From Entomortierella parvispora E1425 (lineage: Eukaryota; Fungi; Mortierellomycota), in NCBI GenBank assembly GCA_020891255.1, contig BQFW01000011.1, positions 372,001 to 436,000 of the forward strand: a DNA stretch of 64,000 nucleotides, written 5' to 3'. The number at the start of each line of letters is the position of its first letter. Within the stretch, counting starts at the first letter, position 1. The position numbers were made by a program, and so were the translations under genes. Positions 1 to 11,330 of this stretch are shown here, in pieces. Under the pieces are notes generated by a model. It saw nothing but the letters and a program-made list of their open reading frames with translations. It ran no database searches and was not told the origin of the DNA.

Positions 1-908
1 GCCTCTGCCGACCACATTCAAAAAGCAATCGGCGATGGCAGGTTGCAGCCATTGGGCGAGATAACAATGGCGCATTTTGCAAGGCACTTAGCAAAGAGGC
101 CTCCCCCCTCTACAGACGATCCTCCGACATTACCTCAAACTGCAACATTTCGTCAAATGCAACACTTGGACAGACAGAAGGAAGCACTCGAGCAGCGTAC
201 AGCAGCAGAGAATGAGGTGAGGCAAAATGAATATTTTTCATTCAACGCTGTGGTGTAGTAGATACAGATCACACATTTGTAGAAGTCAGTTTAGATACCC
301 TTAAAAGATCGCGTTAATATAATTTCGTGTTCAGAGCAGTAATTGCTCTGGGTCGCTTCCTTCCCTACTTTTTCGTTTGCTTTTGTTTGATCGTTACAGA
401 ACACATACACATCCCCCCCCCACTTCCTGCCCGATATCCCCTTTGCAGCAGCAGCAAGATCGACGCCTTAATTCCGATTGCTGAGACTATTAGTAGCTAG
501 TCTAACCTCCTTCCCCCCCCTTTTACCTTTGGATATCACAGACCCTGTTCTGCCGATCAAGCTTGCCTTCGTACAAGTCTTGAGCTTCCACCGGACTGAG
601 ATCTTTATTAATACTTGGTTCACACAGTTTAGACAGTGAGATCCTGCAACGTCTATCCTCCCCCTCGCAAGCAATCCCCTTTCCCTTGATCACTTGTGAC
701 CCGCCCCTCTCTCCTTGAGCTACGACCGATCCCCAACCCATTGTAGCAACACCACAACGCCAAAATCCAAATCAAAAAATCAGAGCTACGACAAGCGCTC
801 TCACTCCCTGACATGGACTTGGATGGGCTTGTGAACTTCAGACCTGGCGATATCGATCCTCCAGGAGAGGATATGAATGATGTTGACCATGAAGACGATG
901 AACACTAG
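1..908 (+). pseudogene. Unknown ORF, 5' end outside the window, interrupted by the family-E insertion at 249-756
   Basis: Frame is open from base 1. Removing 249-760 (insert plus one TSD copy) joins ...EYFSFNA to KIQIKKSELRQALSLPDMDLDG...EDDEH, stop at 906-908. Confidence 0.55.
249..756. mobile_element. Family E solo-LTR-like element (508 bp)
   Basis: Ends TGTGGTGT...ACACCACA (8-bp inverted termini); 4-bp TSD ACGC at 245-248 and 757-760; near-identical truncated copy at 32800-33276. Confidence 0.8.
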
Positions 909-915
909 ATACGAT

Positions 916-1288
916 TTACTTGCTGAAGACCAACGAACGACGATCGTAGCCACAATGAGAAAATATATCTACTGCCAAATCCTCTCTACGTGAATATCGC
1001 ATGAATGCCAAGTCCAGAACAGGCTCTGGCAGGTGGTGGTAAGCAAGATAACCATCTTTCTGAATAAGTCGCTTGACCAAAGAAAACCCAGTTTCGATGG
1101 GGTTAAGATGGGGGGAGTAAGGTGGCAAAAAAAAAAGCAGTGCGCCTCGACTTTCCACTGCCTCCTCAAACTGCTTGTACATATGAATACGGGCGTTGTC
1201 AATTATAACAATCGAGTTTCGCATTGGGTACGGGTTAAGATTTGGTAAGATGGTTGAAACAAAAGCATCATGAAACGATTGTCGAGTA
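916..1288 (-). pseudogene. IS630/Tc1-mariner DDE transposase, C-terminal fragment
   Basis: Contains NSIVIIDNARIH and FLPPYSPHLNPIETGFSLVK, typical of the DDE_3 domain; cut at 1288 by the family-B LTR. Confidence 0.85.
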
Positions 1289-1303
1289 TGTGCGGGGCAG
1301 GGG

Positions 1304-1483
1304 TGGGATATTTTGGGCTCTCACTTACAATATGACTATCGAGACAAGAAGGAGGATCTTTATGTTCTGCCCTCGCACTCCTTTGATAAGGGAGTGCGAG
1401 GGTGGCTTGCTACTAAACTAGGTTACTAAAATAAACATCCCTACATCCCTATTAATACACTTCAAGGCCCACGATATGCCACA
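1304..1483 (-). repeat. Family A 3' LTR (180 bp)
   Basis: Matches 7294-7465 and 31178-31349 except for an 8-bp tandem duplication (ACATCCCT). Confidence 0.95.
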
Positions 1484-1711
1484 GCTCTCTCCCATAGAAG
1501 AGGCTGAAAGCCGGGCTTCTTTGCATATCGTATCTGCTCCTGATTCATACAAGATGGCATCTTGTTTTGAGGTCAACATCCTCCCATGACTTTCTTCTTT
1601 GATGCCCTACAGGTATATACCAAACCTGATTGATGTAAAAACCCATTGGGATAAAAAAACCATCAATGCATCGCTCCAACACTTCGCCCAAATTCTCGTT
1701 GAGTATGGTGA

Positions 1712-4700
1712 TTAACGGCGGCTGCGTTTGATCGCTCGAACAGTCCTGTCGCTGCTGTCCTGGTCGCCACTAATTGTCTGCCTCTTTCTTGCAGACCTGG
1801 ACGAAGCAAGCGGTATTAACTCTTGCTCCAAAGGCTGTCCTCTTTTTGACCTCCTCCGATCCAACACCTTACTGGTAGTATCGTTCTTCTTCACCATGAT
1901 TGTCTGATCCTGGTTTATATACTGCTGAGTTGATTCTTGTCGCTTTCCAACTGTCTGCGCTTGACTCTTCGCCTGCCGACAAGGCTGCGTGGGGTCCTGT
2001 TTAGCTGGTTGACTCTGATCATAAGCCTTCCAATAGTCGCTAATACATTTCCGCTCAATAAAGTTCTCCTGAGGTTCCCAAGTTCTGTCTTTGGCCTTAT
2101 ACCCTTTCCAGTTGACGAGGTACTCCACCCCCTCCCCAGGTTCTTGCCTGTGATCGAGGATTTTCTCTACTTCATAAGTACTTGTTTCTTCAAAGTCGTC
2201 GAGCACAAGCTTTAACTGTGAAGGCGCGAATTTCCTGCCGAGCTCTTCACCTGTTCCGTCCTTTAATACGTAAGAACCGCCCACAGTCCGTCGTACAACA
2301 GTATACGGACCTTCATACCGAGGCGAAAGCTTGTCTCCTTGTATAGGGTCCAATGACATTACTTTTGCTCCGTCTGGAAACTCATTGTGCAGTATCGTCC
2401 GGTTAAAACGCTCAATCATTCGACGTTGAGTATCCTGCGCTTTTGTTTGGATTGCGGGGAAGACGACCTTCGTCATGTACTCCAATCGCTTCACAAGTTC
2501 CTCCTCTGATGACCATTTTTCTGTGGTTGTGGTGAATTTGCTGAGACCATTGAATCGGCGCCCAAAAAATAAAGAAAATGGTGATGAGTTGTGTAAAGCC
2601 ACAATTCTTGTGTTCATCGCCAATTGCGCCATTGGCACATGTAGTGCCCAATTGTCCTTCTGATCCTCGATCTCCTTGCGAATAATATTACATGCTGTCT
2701 TGACATGATTTTCTGCTACTCCGTTGCCTCTGGGATGATACGGGGTGACAAGTCGATGTTGAACATCAAACCTGGTGGTCAATTGCAGAAGGACGTTATT
2801 AGCAAATTCTTTTCCATTGTCCGATTGTAGAATGCGAGGAAAACCGATAAGAGTAAATATCTTGAACAAGACTCTGGCAACAGTGAGCGCGCTCTTGTCT
2901 GGGATCGCCTCTAGAAAAACGAATCTTGTACAGACATCCACTAAAACGAGTAGGAATCGATTTCCATTGCTTTGTACAGGGAACGGACCGGCCAAGTCCA
3001 CTGCCATATGTTCTCCTGGCAGCTGGGCGTGAATGGCAACCATAGGGTGGTATCCTTTCCTAGCGATGTTGACTTGCTGGCATTCTTGGCAGCGTTGAAC
3101 AAACTCCAAACAATCCTTGGCTAGCTTTGGCCAAGTCTTGCCCAACGAATGAATCTGCTTCACCATCGCATTTGTGCCAATATGGCCCATTGCATGTGCA
3201 TCGCTCACTATCTTATTGCGATTGGCCAACTTCACCGTCTCTTTAGGGGTGTCTTTGTCCTGAATTAAGTGAATGTAACTGTAGATCTTTGCTGCGTTTC
3301 TTTCCCCAGTCCTGTTCAACCACAGCTCCTGAGGGAATTGTCGCGACAGCGCGTCTGGCAGCACGTTCAACACTCCAGGGCGATAAACGACCTTGAATGT
3401 ATAATCCAGAATGGTTTCCTGCCATGCCGTCAACATTGAGTTCATCTCCTTTTGCGTGTGCATAAAAGTCAAAGCACGATGGTCAGTAAAGAGCGTGAAA
3501 CAACGACCCCACAGGTAATAATGAAGCTTTTTTAACGCAAAGACAATGGCCAAAAGCTCACGCTGCGTGGCGGAATAATTCCTTTCACTTGGTTGCAATG
3601 AGCGTGCAACAAATGATACGTACCGAATATTCTTCGGTTCATCTTCTCCTCCTGGTAGCTGGTACAGTACTGCTCCAATGCCATAGTTCGATGCGTCCGT
3701 GGCCACATACTGTAAAATGGCTGACTGAAGTCTGGGAAATGTAAAATTGGCGCTTGCACCAATAAGTTTTTTAAAGTGTTGAAGCACTTCAACTGGAGTT
3801 TGTTCAGCGTGAACGTTCCTGGTTCATTTCTCAGTGCATCTAATGGTGCTGCTTGCCTGTCGTAGGTGCCTTCCATTCATCGATGTTCGCCAATTTGTTG
3901 GGGTCAACTCTCTTCCCATTGACGTCAATGATGAATCCCAATAAGGCCACCTGAGTGCTGTAAAACCTGCACTTGTCTCCGTTGATGATAAGATTCGCCT
4001 CTGTCAGTCTCTCGATGACAATCCTGACATGCTCAGCGTGCTCCGCCTTGTTCTTTGAAGCTATCAGGATATCATCAATGAAATTCCTAACGAATTTTAG
4101 ATCTCCAAGAATTCTACTCATTCCTCTTTGAAACAATGACGATAACGGTTTGAGTCCGAAAGGCGCCTTATTAAACATGTATTGAACTCCTCCATGCATG
4201 AATGCTGTCAAATTTCTGTCTGCTGCATGAATTGGTAGCCTGTGGTATGCTTGTCTGAGATCAATCGTCGTGAAAACTTCGTTGCCTCCCGCAAAGTTCA
4301 TAATATCTGATATCAGTGGGACAGGGAAATTGTCATCTGGTAAATAGGCGTTTAACGGCCTTGGATCCAAGCATACACGATACAGTGTTTTGTTCCCTTC
4401 CAAATCCTTTTTTGCTGCGAGCGTCAAAGTATTGTTGTATCTGTTTCCGGCTGGTGCTAACATGATCACATCGTCCTTTATCCATGCTTCCACTGTGTAA
4501 CAGGAATACGGTGACATCACGCGATGTGTACCTACAAAAGCTAGAAACTTGCAATATAATAAAACTCACTTCTTGTCTCCACTCCACCCTCGATACTCCT
4601 ATTGCACACTGCTGCATCCAGAATTGGAACCTGCGACGCTGCAAATACTCGTGGTCTTCTATACAGTTCTACTCCTTCTGGTACTGCTAAAAATACCTTC

Positions 4701-5272
4701 ATTTCTGGTATCGGGCAATGGCTTTGCGGCGATATCTGTGCGTTTTTTTTCAAGGCGTCCTTGATCTTCCTCATGAATTCTTGCTTCTCCTTGATGAACT
4801 CACTTGTCTCCTCCACGAGAGGTGTTTGTAATGGGATGAGTGTGGGTTTGTCATCCTCCTTTGGCGGTGTCTCCTTCTCCGTCGCCATTTCTGGGTCAGG
4901 TAGGCCCATGAGGTTAAATCCATACCTATGAAATAGATCCATGCCAATTGTTATTGCATGCTCCTGATCAATTACTTCATATGGTGCACTGAGCATATGC
5001 TCCCCGCATGTGACTTCTACACTTTCTGTCTCTCCCAACCTTGGTATGGTCGACCTGTCCGCTAACTGAATAAGTCCTTTTTGGGGGCTAGTCGGTATGC
5101 GATATTGGTCGACAACTGTCTTGCTTATGAATGAATGTGTTGCTCCAGTGTCAATCAATGCATAGTGTCGCTCCTGTCTGATAATAATCGGGACAAAGAT
5201 GCGGTTGTCTTTTTTTCCTGCCTTCTTGCTTGCATTGAAATGCAAGATGCAGCCTGGCGATTCGAATGGCAA
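1712..5272 (-). pseudogene. E1 pol: protease, RT, RNase H, integrase, chromodomain (disrupted)
   Basis: Motifs ALIDTGA, RVCLDPR, FIDD, ATDASN, ILQSDNG, YEGPY, YEVEKILDH...WKGY; frameshifts and a solo LTR at 4496-4606. Confidence 0.95.
4496..4606 (+). mobile_element. Family C' solo LTR (111 bp) inside E1 pol
   Basis: TSD CACTG at 4491-4495 and 4607-4611; identical to 21757-21867 and 26713-26823; removal restores the pol frame ILDAAV-EAWIK. Confidence 0.95.
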
Positions 5273-7133
5273 AGATTTGATGACGTCACCACATCATGTT
5301 CAATCATATACACTTCATGCTCTGTTGCTTGCGCGTCCTCCACATCGGGATCGGCAGCGATTTCTTCAACCATTGTTGCTGCAGCAAACTTCACCTCTGC
5401 TTCCTCTGCTTCCTTGCTGCTCCCTTCGCTGTCGCCAGAGGCGCTTCTCCTTTCCCTCTCCTCTAGCACTGCAATCATAGTCTTAACAATGTCTTCCCTT
5501 GTTATGACTCTTACGCCGCCATTCGCTGGCATTCTTTTTCTCGCTTTTCTTTTCTTTTTCTTTTTCGTAGCCGTTTCTGGCTTTTGCTCCATTTTTATTT
5601 CTTCAGACGACGCCTCTACTTTTGTCTTTCCCTGCTCCGTGTGCGTCTCTTCTATTGCTATCACCTCTTCGCACTCTTCTTCAGACTGCTCTTCTTCTGC
5701 TGTCGCTACAACAACTCCCCCTCTCGTCTTCAGCGCTCTCTTTCGCTACTTCAGGGTGTGTTTCCTCCAAGAGGCTTTTGTCCTTGAGGCTGGTGACTTC
5801 CTTCGTGATTGCCACAGTATTATTGTTAATTACATCGTCACTTCCCGCTTCAGCTTCGTCAACATATTCTTCGCACTCACCTTCATGTCTGTGGTACGGT
5901 GCACCTCTGTACGATCCTCTGTTCGTGTTATAGTTTCCACCTCGGTAACCTGAGCGTCCTCCTCTGTAACCTCTGTAAGGTGCTTGGTACGAGTAGCCTG
6001 AAGCAGGTGCCCCCTGGTGGTTGCTGTGGGTGTTGCTTTCATTGCTGTTTGCGGATGAGCCATTCGTCACCGGCTTCTTGTTTTTCTTTGCATCTTCTCC
6101 TTCCTTGAGCACTCGTCGTCTGCGCGCTTCGTCAATTACTGTTTTCCATTCAGTGCAATCGTCAGGACCATAGGCATGAGGAATACTATCCATCAAAAAA
6201 TCCAGCGTTCCAGTCTCAGGCATCGCCATTCCTATGTGTGCGAGCATACGCTTCTGCACTTCTGCTATCTGCATGACGGTGAGTGTCAAGGAGGGGATTG
6301 ACATGCGCAACGTTTGCGTGACGTCGGCGTGTTTCGGCAATTCTTTAACCCTGTATACTTCGACTAGACGTTTCAATCGATACTGGAGCTCCTTGTAACT
6401 CTCTCCCTTCTCCCTTCCAGCCTTGGCAAACTCATCCACTTCTAACGCTTTCTCCAGTAGCGTGAGCGCGGCGTCAACAAACTCCTGTTCGCATCGCTCC
6501 CAGTCCCATTCGCTTCCACGATCCGCTTCTCGTGTCACTACGAACGCGTCTGCAGCTTTTCGATCCAGATTCGCCAACGACAATAATCGGAAGCAGATTT
6601 TCTGGAATGCCAGATGTCCATACTTCAATTGACAGATGGTGCGGAATGTCAGTCGTCAACTTAATCTCCGATTCATCAGACGACTTGGCGGCGCCTGTGG
6701 CAACCAAAGCACCTGTAGTCGACTTGATCATCGTCGGTCTCGTCGTTGACAGTCTCTCAGCTTCCCTGCTTTTGTTCAGATCCTCAACAATGGCGGACCA
6801 TTCGACGATGCTCTCTTTAATGCCCTAGATCTCTTCCTTCACTTTTTCCAATGCGGCTTTATGGGCCGGTGTCTTACTGCTTGGACCCATGCTCTTGCGA
6901 CCAAGTGTTACGCGTTGGTCTGTCTTGCTTTTCAACAGCTGTCCCTGTTTTTTCAAGCAATTCTGTGCCGACTCCAAGGTCAAAGGCTCATCGAAGGTCT
7001 CATCATCTACCTCCATGTGGGAGTCTTCTTCAGGTACGTCCTCAACCACTTCGGTTGGTACGACCACTTCACCACTGCTCGTTCCAAGGTTGCCCTCTTC
7101 CTCCACTTGAGGAGTCTTCGAAGTCTTTGCCAT
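5155..7133 (-). pseudogene. E1 gag (broken into several ORFs)
   Basis: ORFs 6825-7133, 6474-6731, 5681-6628 and 5155-5664 lie between the 5' LTR and the protease; RGG/YRG-rich segment. Confidence 0.7.
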
Positions 7134-7280
7134 TTCCTTGCGCTAGGGCAGGTAATATTTGTCAATGATATTGTCGTTGAGACAATCACAATGACCGATG
7201 CACGATCGATTATTGTTCACAAGGATGTATCCCAATGCCGATGGATGTAACCTTTTTGCGGATTGGATCCGATCTTGTAT

Positions 7281-7293
7281 TCGATAAAAAAAA
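7281..7293 (-). promoter_or_regulatory. E1 primer-binding position: T8-ATCGA (non-tRNA)
   Basis: Directly abuts the 5' LTR; no TGG start; complements LTR TCGAT plus a poly(A) tail. Confidence 0.7.
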
Positions 7294-7465
7294 TGGGATA
7301 TTTTGGGCTCTCACTTACAATATGACTATCGAGACAAGAAGGAGGATCTTTATGTTCTGCCCTCGCACTCCTTTGATAAGGGAGTGCGAGGGTGGCTTGC
7401 TACTAAACTAGGTTACTAAAATAAACATCCCTATTAATACACTTCAAGGCCCACGATATGCCACA
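7294..7465 (-). repeat. Family A 5' LTR (172 bp)
   Basis: Direct repeat of 1304-1483. Confidence 0.95.
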
Positions 7466-7470
7466 AGGGG

Positions 7471-7608
7471 GTCCCCGTCAACGTGAGTAAGTATGGGTAC
7501 GAGTAATGACGAGACGGAAGAAGAGATCTGATTTAATGAGAGAGCGCTGGAGGCGCTGATATATCTTCGTCAACTGAAAATTAAGGGTCAGAGGCCTGAT
7601 CCGGCACA
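7471..7608 (-). repeat. Family B 3' LTR, major part (remainder at 1289-1303)
   Basis: Reconstructed LTR matches 13241-13313; ends CCGGCACA next to a PPT-like tract. Confidence 0.85.
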
Positions 7609-7888
7609 GAAGCCCCCGGCGAGTTTTTAGGTCCAGGGAGGTGCTCGACAGAGGATGAACGTTGAGGAAAAGGAAGTAAAAACCTCAGATTTTGAGAAAG
7701 AAGTAAACTCAAAAGAATTAATTTGGTTGTGCGAGGAGAAAAAGAAGAAAACCTCAGAAGAGAAAATGAAGAGGGCAAAATAATAAACCTCAGTTGAAGT
7801 TGTGCGAATGGAAAGGGTGAGGAAAACGTTCAAACGACCAGGGTCGTAAGCGTGCAAAAACCTCGGAGCGGGATTCTTCGAACAGGAG

Positions 7889-10800
7889 TTATTTGTTGGT
7901 ACTGGGTCGAGTCGAGCGTGTTGTTCTTGTCGTGACGGCCTTGGTTGTCTGTGCGAAGGTGACAGATTTCTTTTTCGCAGCAGGACTGGTGCTCTTGATT
8001 TTAGCTTTGGGTTCGGGCTGCATCCTGTTGGCGGGCACGAGCTCAGGATTCGTTTTTTGCAATTGTCTATAGTAGCGTGGAATGATTGTTTTGGAGTTGA
8101 AAGCGGATTCTGGCAACTCTTGGTTGTGTGAGCTATCGTAGTTCTTCCATTTAACCATGTAAACCGTCTCCCCGGGGGCAATATCACGGTGCCCAATGAT
8201 CTTTTTGAGTTCATAACTGTTGTTGTCTTCTTCTTCGTCATCGCGGAGGGCGAGCTTCAATTGCTCGGGTGCAAAGTTGCGAGAGAGGATGGTGTTGGTG
8301 GTATCCTTCAGAGTATAAGTGCCGTCGTAGCGTGCATCAAGAGAGCCAGTGGCTTCCATGTCTTTGGTCATGACAAATGATCCAACAGGAAACTCTGTGA
8401 TATGGTGAGAGCGATTGAACTTGTCAACCATTTGTTTCTGGCTGGCTTTGCTCTTTTCAGAGATAGCGGGGAAGACAATGTTTGTGAGATACTCAAGACG
8501 ATCGTCAAGATCTTCGGGAGTGAGGAGTTCAGACTTGATTTGTTTGAAGTTGCTGACGCTTGAATAAGCGCGGCCATAGAATAGAGAAAATGGAGTGGAA
8601 CTGTGTAGACTCGCTACTTTAGTGTTGAGAGAGAACTGAACTGCAAGGACTTTGCCGTGGAGCACTTTGCACAGCAATTCCTTGGATGAGCGAACAAGTC
8701 GTTCAGCAATGCCATTACCGCGAGGGTGGTAAGGGGTTGACAAACGATGTTGCGTTTGGAGAAGCGTTAGAACTGAGTCCAACAATAGATTAGAAAATTC
8801 CGAGCCGTTGTCTGTCTGTACGATCTTTGGAGGGCCAATATCACTGAAGAGCGTGAAGAGCTCTCTAGCGATTACAGAAGCCTCTTTCGTCTTGAGGGGA
8901 CGTAAGAAGACAAAGCGGGTGCAGACGTCAACGACGACTAGGGCGTAGACGTGGTTGTTAGAACTCTGCTGAAATTGAGCAAGATCTATAGCTAGATGTT
9001 CACCAGGGAAGATGGCGTGGACAGCTTTGAGAGGGTGGTACCCTTTTCTTGCGATGTTGAAGTGCTGGCAAGCCGTGCACTTTCGGATAAAGTTTAGACA
9101 TGCATCTTTGAGTTTTGGCCAAGTCAACTTTTGCAAATGCAGGGCGCTGACCATGGCGTTGGCTCCAAGGTGAGCATCGCCATGAGTCTTCTGGAGAAGA
9201 TCAGATCGTTCAGATTCTTTGGGGATGGTCATAGCGTCTTCGGCTAATTGCATCTGATGCACGAAGGGTGCTGAGGGATCAGAGAGGTTATTGCCCAATT
9301 GCTCAGACGAGACAGATAAAGTTTGATCATTATTTTCAGGGACCGTTGGGCGGAATCCACGACGAGTGGTGACCGCAGCTGTCTTGCGACGCTTGTCTCT
9401 GTGTTCAGAGGACGGTTCAGAGGAGTGAGTCCAGAGTTCCTTAGGGAATGCTCTCGATAAGGCATCAGGAATGATGTTGAGCAGACCAGGACGATAGATA
9501 CACTCAAAGTCATGGCTGAGGATTGTCTCTGTCCAATTGGCAATAGTTGTAGGTAGATCAGTCTGATTCTGGATGAAAGTAAGAGGCTTGTGGTCTGTGT
9601 ACAGCGTGAAGTGGCGACCCCACAAGTAGTAATGAAACTTCTTGAGGGCGTAGACTATACCAAGTAACTCTTTCTTATAGGCAGGTTAGTTACGCTCATG
9701 TTTTTTTAACGAGCGAGCCATGAACGAAATGTAGTTAACCACAGATTCGTCACCAGGGCCATTGGGGAGTTGGTACAGGACAGTGCCAAGTCCAAGATTA
9801 GACGCGTCTGTAGCAACGTAGAACGGTTGAGTGAAGTCCGGGAAAGAGAGGACTGGTGCGCGGCTGATCAACTCTTTGATCTGCGTGAAGCATTCAAGTT
9901 GAAGTGGTGAAAGCTCGAACGAGCCTCTACGAAATCGGAGTTCGTCTAGTGGAGCAGCCAAGGTGGAGTAGAGAGGGATAAACTCTCGGAAGTAATTGAA
10001 CATGCCAAGATAGCGTTGAACCATCTTGCCGTCAGTGGGTGGAGCCCAAGAGCGGATGTTCGCAACCTTTTCAGGGACGATACGACGTCCAGACTCATTG
10101 ATGATAAAACCCAAAAGAATGACTTCAGTGCTAAAGAAATTACATTTGTCAGGGTTCAGAATAAGGTTGGCTTTGGTGAGGCGTTTGATGACCTCTCGGA
10201 CATGTTCACGATGTTCTTCCGCTGTGTCTGAGAAGATAACAATATCGTCTACATACACAGCAACAAAGGGCAGATCACCTAGGATGAGTGACATTCCTCT
10301 TTGGAATATGGAAGTCATTGGTTTCAAACCAAAAGGGGCACGAGCAAACATGTATTGTTTGCCGTTGTGCATGAAGGCAGTCAAGGGTTGACTCTCCTTT
10401 GTGAGTGCTAACCGATGATACGCCTGAAATAGATCGAGTGTGGAGAAGAATCGGTGACCAGCCGCCTTCTCTAGAATGTCTGCTACTTGAGGCAGCGTGA
10501 AGTTGTCAGTGTCTTCTAAGAGACTATTGAGGTGACGAGGGTCTAGACACACTCGGTTTTTGAGGAGGTTGCCTTCTAGATCGTGCCTTGCAGCCATTGT
10601 AAGTTTGTTCATATGAGGAGTGCCGTGCGGTGCTGGAACAATGACACCGTCGTTCAACCATTTTGATATTTGAGCATCCACCTCCCCCTTTTGAGATTGG
10701 GAGAATGGTTTAGAGGAGCGTTGGAAGACGGTTGCGCCGTCCTTGGTTGTAAGATGGATGCACCTTCATGGAGGGATGAGGACAGCAGCTTTGAGGATTA

Positions 10801-11330
10801 ATTGCTGCATTCTCTGCAAGGGGAGCGCCAATTGCGGACAGGAAATCCTGTCTTTGAGATTTAAACTCTTCGGAGTTTTCATGATCGGGGCGTGTGGAGG
10901 ACACAATAGAAGGTTTTTTGTCAGATTCGACGTTGTCATGTAAGAGGTCTGGGCGTTTGAATTGGATGCCGCTAATGGAAAAACCTAGTCGGGAAAACAG
11001 GTCCATTCCTAAATAGCAATCGTAGCTGTCCAGCTTCATGACATCGAGTTGGTAGTTTAGGGCGCGGCCATTGCAGCCGACTTGAACAGCCTGAGCAGTG
11101 ATGCAAGTGGGATTGACATGATCAGGGTTGGCTAACACAGTTTTGGTGCCTGAAAGCAGAGTAGTTGGGATGCATAGCTCTTCAGCTACTCGTGGATCAA
11201 TTGTTGTCTGTGTGCAACCCGTGTCAAGCAGAGCTGTATACTCAACACCATTGAAAGTGATAGGAACTACAAGTCGTGTATCTTCTGGTTTTTGGCCAGT
11301 GAATGCACAATTGGAGCGATCAAATTAATC
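7889..11330 (-). pseudogene. E2 pol: protease, RT, RNase H, integrase, chromodomain (stops and frameshifts)
   Basis: Motifs ALLDTGC, RVCLDPR, YVDD, ATDASN, IVQTDNG, YELKKIIGHR...WKNY. Confidence 0.95.

Larger units (their letters stand above)
1304..7465 (-). mobile_element. E1: Ty3/Gypsy chromodomain LTR retrotransposon, family A, nested in the E2 3' LTR
   Basis: LTRs 1304-1483 and 7294-7465 (TG...CA); 5-bp TSD AGGGG at 1299-1303 and 7466-7470; PPT at 1484-1493. Confidence 0.95.
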
